A stretch of DNA of 64,000 bases, taken from Candidatus Altiarchaeota archaeon. GTDB lineage: Archaea; Altiarchaeota; Altiarchaeia; IMC4; QMZM01. The notes under the pieces were generated by a model. That model worked only from the letters and a program-made list of their open reading frames with translations, was not told where the DNA came from and did not search any database. Location: positions 292,468-356,467 of the forward strand of contig JAWAEV010000001.1 of the NCBI GenBank assembly GCA_038891095.1. Reading direction: 5' to 3'. The translations under genes and the position numbers were made by a program. This document shows, piece after piece, positions 58,109-64,000 of this stretch (its first letter is position 1; every line of letters starts with the position of its first letter).

Positions 58109-59623
58109 ATGGAAATTGGTCAAGTAATTGGAGCAACAACATTGAGAGCATTTCGCTTTGTTATAAAAGAGGGCCAAGAAAAATATGCTAAGAGAGATGA
58201 ATTTGTTTCTGTAAAAGAATCCGTAACTGGAAAGGAAGTTTTAGGTGTAATAAAAGAGATCACAATCTCAAATGAACTCTTGCCGGAAGAATTTGGTAGA
58301 GATTTAAGGTTGGAGGAAATTGCTCTTAATGAGGGCGAGTATCCTGTGCCAACAGTCAAAATTCTTGGCTATGAGGAAGATGGTAGCATAGAGCTTCCAA
58401 GATATGGTATTAAGCCTGGAACAAGCGTTGAATTAGCAAGTGATGAAACTCTGAGAAAAATTTTAAGGCAAAATGAAAAAAAATCTGCATTTATTGGCAC
58501 TTTATCAACAAGAAAGTCTGTGCCAGTTTACATTTCACTGAATGATATGATCTCAAGACATTGCGCAATTCTTGCGATGACAGGAGCTGGAAAAAGTTAC
58601 ACTGTTGGTGTTATCATTGAAGAAATAATGAAAAAGAAGGGCTCAGTGATTGTTGTTGATCCTCATGGTGAATATAAAAATATAAAAATTGAAGGTTCAA
58701 AAACAAAAGTCTATAACATTAAAGGTGAGAATAAGATAAAGGTTGAGGCTTCTTCTCTAAGAATAGGTGATTTTTCAAATTTAATTCCAGACATTACTGA
58801 TCCTCAAAGAGACCTCTTAGATGAAATACTTAGCAGAATTTCAAAATTCTATGAAAAATTTAATTTAGATGCAATCATAAAAATTTTAAATTTGCTTTAT
58901 GATATTAAGGAGGGCCTACCCTCTTCTGGAGAGGAGATAATTCCTGATAGGGGACTTAAAGATTTAGCAAAAAAAGTTTCTACTGCGACGATTGGAGCAT
59001 TACTTAGGAGAGTTGAAAGGTTAAGAAGAATGGAAATTTTTGATGTAGAAGGCACAGCAATTGAAGAAATTGTTGCAAGAAATCAATTAACTGTTTTAGA
59101 TCTTTCTGATGCAGATGAGAGAGTTTCTGAGACAATAGTTGCATCTATTGCAAGAAAAATTTTTGATATGCGAAGGAGATATGTTAAGGATAATGAAGGT
59201 GGTTTGGATATACCAACTTTTCTAATAATTGAGGAAGCACATAATTTTGCTCCAAGAGTTACTGAAGAGAGAGAGGTTTTATCAAAGTATGTATTGAGAA
59301 AAATTGCAAGAGAAGGAAGAAAATTTGGCGTAGGCCTTTGTATAGTCTCACAGCGTCCTGGGAAATTAGATTCTGACATTCTTTCCCAATGTAACACACA
59401 GATAATAATGAAAATTGTAAATCCTTCTGATCAGGAATATATAAGGCAATCTGTAGAGAGTGTAACAGAAGATATAGTTAGAGATTTACCTTCTTTGGCA
59501 AGAGGGGAAGCAATAATTGTTGGCTCTGCAATAAAATTGCCAGTGACTGTTAAAATAAGAAAAAGAGAGACTGAAGTTTTGGGTAATGATATTGATATAG
59601 TTGATGCTTGGAGTAAAGAATGA
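58109..59623 (+). CDS. HerA/DUF87 family ATPase with HAS barrel
   Basis: RHCAILAMTGAGKS, DPHGEY, IEEAHNF, REGRKFG, SQRP; ATG 58109. Confidence 0.92.
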   Translation: MEIGQVIGATTLRAFRFVIKEGQEKYAKRDEFVSVKESVTGKEVLGVIKEITISNELLPEEFGRDLRLEEIALNEGEYPVPTVKILGYEEDGSIELPRYGIKPGTSVELASDETLRKILRQNEKKSAFIGTLSTRKSVPVYISLNDMISRHCAILAMTGAGKSYTVGVIIEEIMKKKGSVIVVDPHGEYKNIKIEGSKTKVYNIKGENKIKVEASSLRIGDFSNLIPDITDPQRDLLDEILSRISKFYEKFNLDAIIKILNLLYDIKEGLPSSGEEIIPDRGLKDLAKKVSTATIGALLRRVERLRRMEIFDVEGTAIEEIVARNQLTVLDLSDADERVSETIVASIARKIFDMRRRYVKDNEGGLDIPTFLIIEEAHNFAPRVTEEREVLSKYVLRKIAREGRKFGVGLCIVSQRPGKLDSDILSQCNTQIIMKIVNPSDQEYIRQSVESVTEDIVRDLPSLARGEAIIVGSAIKLPVTVKIRKRETEVLGNDIDIVDAWSKE

Positions 59624-59901
59624 ACTATATTTCTAAATTTAAAAGTAAAACCAACTTACTAAGTAGGAACATAGAAAAGATCTTCGATATAGTTCTAGTT
59701 ACTCCTACTTTTATCATTTAGAAATTTCTTTTTCTTTTGTGAATGAAAGCACTTTATTTTTTAAAAAAAAGGCTTCTAATGATAAAAAATTAAGAATGTA
59801 ATGCGCTTATATCTCAAGTAAAAAGATATAAAGAAGGGATAGCGTTAGTGATCTCTATTTCTTTCCCTCAATTTTCTCTATTTAAAAAGAAATAGAAAGT
59901 T

Positions 59902-59989
59902 CGCCGAGGTTGGGATTTGAACCCAAGCCCCCCAGTTGGAGGACAAGCTCTCAAGGCTTGCGCGTTAGTCCGAACTCCGCCACCTCGGC
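59902..59989 (-). tRNA. tRNA-Ser(TGA)
   Basis: GCCGAGG/CCTCGGC acceptor, CAAGC-CTTGAGA-GCTTG anticodon arm, long variable arm, G discriminator. Confidence 0.95.
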
Positions 59990-60059
59990 ATTTAAACTTA
60001 TGACTACATTAAAAAATCAAACTTCAATTTAATATTATGAAATTATATGAAAATATGAA

Positions 60060-60692
60060 ATGATTTCAGAGATAATAAATAACTCGCTCTCTTCGAATAC
60101 ATATATTTTGTTTGATGAAAAAACAGCAATAATTGATCCAGGAATTTCAGAGAAAAAATTGTTAGGTAAAATTAATGAAACAGCTGTGAGTTATATAATT
60201 TTAACACATTGTCATTATGACCATATCGCTTGTGCAAAAAAATTAAAAGAAATTACAAATGCAAAAGTTTTAGCTCATTACTTCTCTGAGGAAATTTTTA
60301 GAAGTTCTCTCAGGAAAAAAATTATACTTTCCGAACTTTTTAGTGCAGAGGATATTAAACTTGAAATTGACATAAAATTGAAAGAAGGTGACGAAATAAA
60401 TTTAGGTTATATGAAATTAAAAATTCTTCATACTCCAGGACATACAAAAGATAGCATTTGCCTCTATGAAGAAAAAACAAAGTCATTATTTTCTGGAGAT
60501 ACTGTCTTTAAAGACAGTATCGGTAGAGCGGACTTTCCAACTGGTAATTTTAAAGAGCTTAAAATTTCAATAGAAAAATTGATTAATTTAGATGAAAATT
60601 GTGGCATAGAAAAAATTTATCCCGGACATGGAGAAACTTTCACTTCCAGAGATATAAAAGAAATTTACAAATACTTTTTCAAAGATGGTTAG
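60060..60692 (+). CDS. MBL-fold metallo-hydrolase (glyoxalase II-like)
   Basis: THCHYDH, HTPGH, FSGD, PGHG. Confidence 0.92.
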   Translation: MISEIINNSLSSNTYILFDEKTAIIDPGISEKKLLGKINETAVSYIILTHCHYDHIACAKKLKEITNAKVLAHYFSEEIFRSSLRKKIILSELFSAEDIKLEIDIKLKEGDEINLGYMKLKILHTPGHTKDSICLYEEKTKSLFSGDTVFKDSIGRADFPTGNFKELKISIEKLINLDENCGIEKIYPGHGETFTSRDIKEIYKYFFKDG

Positions 60693-62397
60693 AATTGCGG
60701 TTTTGGATAAGGACAGATGCAATAGCAAAGATTGTGGATTTCTTTGCATAAAAATTTGCCCAAAAGTTAAAACAGGTAATGAAACTATTGTTGTTGATAA
60801 AGAAACAAACAAACCAATAATTTATGAGTCATTATGTTCCGGATGTGGAATTTGCGTTAAGAAATGCCCTTATGAAGCAATACAGATAATAAACCTTCCT
60901 GAAGAACTTTCAGAACCAGTACACCAATATGGAGTTAATGGATTTAGGCTTTATAATTTACCTTCGCCAAGAGAAGGCATTGTCGGAATTCTTGGAAGCA
61001 ATGGGATTGGAAAAACAACATTGCTTAGGATTCTTGCTGGTGAAATAAAGCCTAACTTAGGCAAAGAAATTGCAACTTGGGATGAGATTATTGATAAATT
61101 TCGTGGCAAGGAAATTCAAGACTATCTAAAGAAACTCTCTGAAAAGAAAATAAGAGTTGTGCATAAACCACAATTCGTTGACATTATAGCAAGAAAATTA
61201 AAAGGTGAAGTCTCTGAAATTCTAAGCAAAGTTGATGAAAATTCTAAACTAAATGAAATTGCAGAGAAGCTAAACATGGAAAATTCTCTAAGAAAAAAAA
61301 TTTCTGAACTTAGTGGTGGTGAGCTTCAAAAAGTTGCAATTGCAGCTGCACTGCTAAGAGATGCTGATGTTTATCTTTTTGATGAACCTTCTGCTTATCT
61401 TGATATAAAAGAAAGATTGAATATTGCAAAGGTCATTCGTGAGTTAAATGGAGTAGTTTTTGTTGTTGAGCATGATCTAGTTATTCTTGACTATTTATCA
61501 GATTATGTGCATGTTGTTTATGGCTCACCAAGAGCTTATGGAATTGTCTCAAATATAAAAAGCGTGAGAGTAGGGATAAATGAGTATCTTCTCGGATTTT
61601 TAAAGTCAGAAAGAATTCGATTTAGAGATGAGGTAAAATTTGATGTGACACCAAGAAAAATTAAAAAAGAACTTCTGCCATTAGTTTCATATCCAAAATT
61701 ATCTAAGAAATATGAAAATTTTGAGCTAGAAATTTCAGAAGGAGAATTACATATGAAAGAGACTATTGGAATTCTCGGCCAAAATGCAACAGGAAAAACA
61801 ACATTCATGAAAATTCTTGCATCTGAAATTGAGCATGAAAATGGAAAACTTGAACTTGGACTTAAAATTGCTTATAAACCACAATACATATCAACATCTG
61901 AAAATTTAGTTTCAAATTTGAGTATAAAAGAGGAAATAGCACAGCATTTTAATCTAAAATTCCTTATGAATAAAAAAATTTCTGAGCTTAGTGGTGGCGA
62001 GCTTCAAAAAGTTGCAATTGCAGATTGTCTATCAAAAGATGCAGACATTTACTTGCTTGACGAACCATCTGCTTATCTTGACATTGAAGAGCGCTTAAAA
62101 CTTTCAAAATATTTAGAAAAATTTTCAGAAGAAAAATCTGTAGCAATGCTTATAGTTGACCATGATATCTTGCTAATTGACACACTCTCAAATAAGTTGA
62201 TTATATTCTCAAAGGAATCTCAGAATAAAGGTAAGGCCTCTAAACCAATGGAGCTAAGAGATGGTATGAACACTTTTCTCAAGGAAATGAATTTGACATT
62301 TAGAAGAGATCCTGAAACAGGAAGACCAAGAGCAAATAAACCTGATAGTGTTAAAGACAGAGAGCAGAGAGAAATTGGCGAATATTACTATGTTTAA
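60685..62397 (+). CDS. abce1: ribosome recycling ATPase ABCE1/RLI
   Basis: N-terminal 2x Fe-S domain, two NBDs (LSGGELQ, DEPS), RRDPETGRPRANK. Confidence 0.97.
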   Translation: MVRIAVLDKDRCNSKDCGFLCIKICPKVKTGNETIVVDKETNKPIIYESLCSGCGICVKKCPYEAIQIINLPEELSEPVHQYGVNGFRLYNLPSPREGIVGILGSNGIGKTTLLRILAGEIKPNLGKEIATWDEIIDKFRGKEIQDYLKKLSEKKIRVVHKPQFVDIIARKLKGEVSEILSKVDENSKLNEIAEKLNMENSLRKKISELSGGELQKVAIAAALLRDADVYLFDEPSAYLDIKERLNIAKVIRELNGVVFVVEHDLVILDYLSDYVHVVYGSPRAYGIVSNIKSVRVGINEYLLGFLKSERIRFRDEVKFDVTPRKIKKELLPLVSYPKLSKKYENFELEISEGELHMKETIGILGQNATGKTTFMKILASEIEHENGKLELGLKIAYKPQYISTSENLVSNLSIKEEIAQHFNLKFLMNKKISELSGGELQKVAIADCLSKDADIYLLDEPSAYLDIEERLKLSKYLEKFSEEKSVAMLIVDHDILLIDTLSNKLIIFSKESQNKGKASKPMELRDGMNTFLKEMNLTFRRDPETGRPRANKPDSVKDREQREIGEYYYV

Positions 62398-62618
62398 ATT
62401 TCAACTTCAAATCCTTTCTCTTTTAAAATTCTAATTAATTCTTCTAAATTTTTTCCTTGCTTTTTGATTCCTTGCCTTAATGTTGTTATTCTACCAAGAG
62501 TATTTCTCATAACAGGATTTTTTACACCTAAAAAACCTCGTTCATAAAGTATTTCAATTAGCTCAGGGTATTGATCTGTGAGTTCAAAAATGCTCTTATC
62601 AATACTTATCTTTTTCAT
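62394..62618 (-). CDS. DUF1858 family protein
   Basis: YPELIEIL...GF....NP.MRNTLGR.TTL. Confidence 0.85.
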   Translation of the reverse strand: MKKISIDKSIFELTDQYPELIEILYERGFLGVKNPVMRNTLGRITTLRQGIKKQGKNLEELIRILKEKGFEVEI

Positions 62619-63775
62619 AGCAATCTTTTTTCACCTTCAAGTTTTCTTATCTCTGTGATATCTTGTATTACTTCTAATGTGCCTAAATACACTCCATTTT
62701 GGTCTCTTATAGCGAAATATCTTATATGCACAAATCTACCTTTAAAATTTATCCAAAATTCTGCAACATCTCTTTTGCCTGATTTAAAATCATTTAATAT
62801 TTCTTCAACTTTATCTAAGCTTTGTGGTGGATGACAATTCCTTACATTTCTCTTAAGAACTGCTCTTGGTCTTAGGAATATTCTATTTTTTGTTTCTGAG
62901 AAATATGCAACTGTGTCATTTTTATCAATGAATGTTATATCAACTGGTAAATTATTCAATATGTTCACCAACTCTTCTAATGATAATTCTCCTGAAGGAA
63001 ATTCTATTATTCCGTCATGGTAAACTGGCTCCTCAACTGTTGTTCTTTTGATTTCTTCAACAAGTTTTTCTATGTCTTTTGGAGCTTCTATATAACAGTA
63101 GCCAACATCCCTACTCTGTTTTAGAATTTCTATCCAATCATCAATTTTTAGTTTTTCTAAAGACACTGGAAACAAAATGTTCTCTTCTTTGAAAATCATC
63201 CCCTCAATTTCTTCAATTAGAGGTTTTAAAAAATGTGTTAGGTCTTCAGTTTCAACAATGTCAACTTTATTAATCGCATCTCTTAACATCTGCCTTATAT
63301 CATTGTGCTTACCCCACATAACTTTTGATGGTCCATAAAATCCCGCTCTCTCTAAGTAGGGGAAAAGCAATTGCTCTTTTCTTGTATAATGCTTATCTAT
63401 ATCTCTGAGTTTGTATAACAATTCTCTAATTTTCTCTTTTTTTCTTTCTCCCTTTAGTTGAGATAAAATTTTTTCTATTTCTCTATTCTCAAGTTTAAAA
63501 ATGTATATTGGATGCGCATTTGAAACTTCTTTTAGCTCCTGCTTTAATGCTGTTTCGAAAAGCAGTGCATGTACATTACAAAATTTTTTTATTTCCTCAA
63601 CTGTGATGCCTTCATTTATCAATGATTGCTCAATTTCAGCGATTTCATGAGAGGTTATTGTGCCAATTTCTTTAAGTAGGATTTCTTCTGCTTTTTCAAA
63701 ACTTAAGCCTTGATGTAGTTGCTTTATTATTTCTTTTACAACTTCTTTCTTTTTGTTTTTAAGAATTTCGGCCAT
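62615..63775 (-). CDS. DUF438 / hemerythrin-like / PAS domain protein
   Basis: EIAEIEQ, FCNVH, HYTRKE, VMW..H, KEENIL, C-terminal PAS with NCHPP. Confidence 0.9.
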   Translation of the reverse strand: MAEILKNKKKEVVKEIIKQLHQGLSFEKAEEILLKEIGTITSHEIAEIEQSLINEGITVEEIKKFCNVHALLFETALKQELKEVSNAHPIYIFKLENREIEKILSQLKGERKKEKIRELLYKLRDIDKHYTRKEQLLFPYLERAGFYGPSKVMWGKHNDIRQMLRDAINKVDIVETEDLTHFLKPLIEEIEGMIFKEENILFPVSLEKLKIDDWIEILKQSRDVGYCYIEAPKDIEKLVEEIKRTTVEEPVYHDGIIEFPSGELSLEELVNILNNLPVDITFIDKNDTVAYFSETKNRIFLRPRAVLKRNVRNCHPPQSLDKVEEILNDFKSGKRDVAEFWINFKGRFVHIRYFAIRDQNGVYLGTLEVIQDITEIRKLEGEKRLL

Positions 63776-64000
63776 TTCTTCTAAGATAAATTTTTCCTAA
63801 TTTTTCAACTAAGTTGTGATATTTCCTATGAACACCTTCGCCAATTTCTTCTCTTTCAAATTTTTTAAATTTATTAAAAAGCTCATTTTGAGTTTTATCT
63901 GAGAGATGTGCATCTGCCACCATGTAGAGAATATTATTCTCCTTAGATATATGTTCCCTCAGAAGAGTTATATAGCTAATTGCATTTTTTTCTATCTTTT
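63759..64000 (-). CDS. hemerythrin domain protein, 3' part (truncated by window edge)
   Basis: Manual translation ...YITLLREHISKENNILYMVADAHLS...GEGVHRKYH...RNS*; stop at 63759. Confidence 0.8.
   Translation of the reverse strand, partial: KIEKNAISYITLLREHISKENNILYMVADAHLSDKTQNELFNKFKKFEREEIGEGVHRKYHNLVEKLGKIYLRRNGRNS

Noticed and set aside
59902-59989. Possible tRNA-Sec or suppressor because of the long variable arm
   Set aside because: Anticodon TGA reads UCA (Ser); 7-bp acceptor stem is standard.
1-64000. CRISPR array, rRNA, transposase or integrase
   Set aside because: No regularly spaced repeats, rRNA-like GC blocks or recombinase motifs seen by eye.

Overview
AT-rich archaeal chromosome segment. 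It carries archaeal ribosomal proteins eL15, uL10/P0, uL1, uL11, eL33, uS15, eS1 and eL31, plus Spt5, SecE, FtsZ, Fen1, Csl4, RNase Z, aIF6, ABCE1, CDC48, RFC-L and three tRNAs, one with a BHB intron. Gene content and composition suggest a DPANN-like lineage, possibly Altiarchaeota (inference only). Most of the window is housekeeping: POR operon, grpE-dnaK-dnaJ, ino1, fumarase, TrpRS, nadM. Accessory highlights: (1) an mtnA / lsrF / Zn-dehydrogenase cluster whose chemistry fits an oxidative 5'-deoxyadenosine salvage route to DHAP + acetyl-CoA; (2) an integrase-less attC gene-cassette array (about 2.5-6.6 kb) inserted into that cluster; (3) an insertion between rpl1 and rpl10 with a 12-codon SD-led micro-peptide, a perfect 12-bp hairpin, a radical SAM/SPASM enzyme and a secreted RlpA/DPBB-like protein; (4) a cytochrome b5 + NOX-like flavocytochrome lacking one heme His, next to a decayed HxlR regulator; (5) unusual fusions or variants (Mrr-like/PAP2, ATP-cone/Mrr, atypical RNase HIII-like); (6) candidate eL15 and uS15 leader RNAs. 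All family calls come from motif recognition by eye, not database searches.
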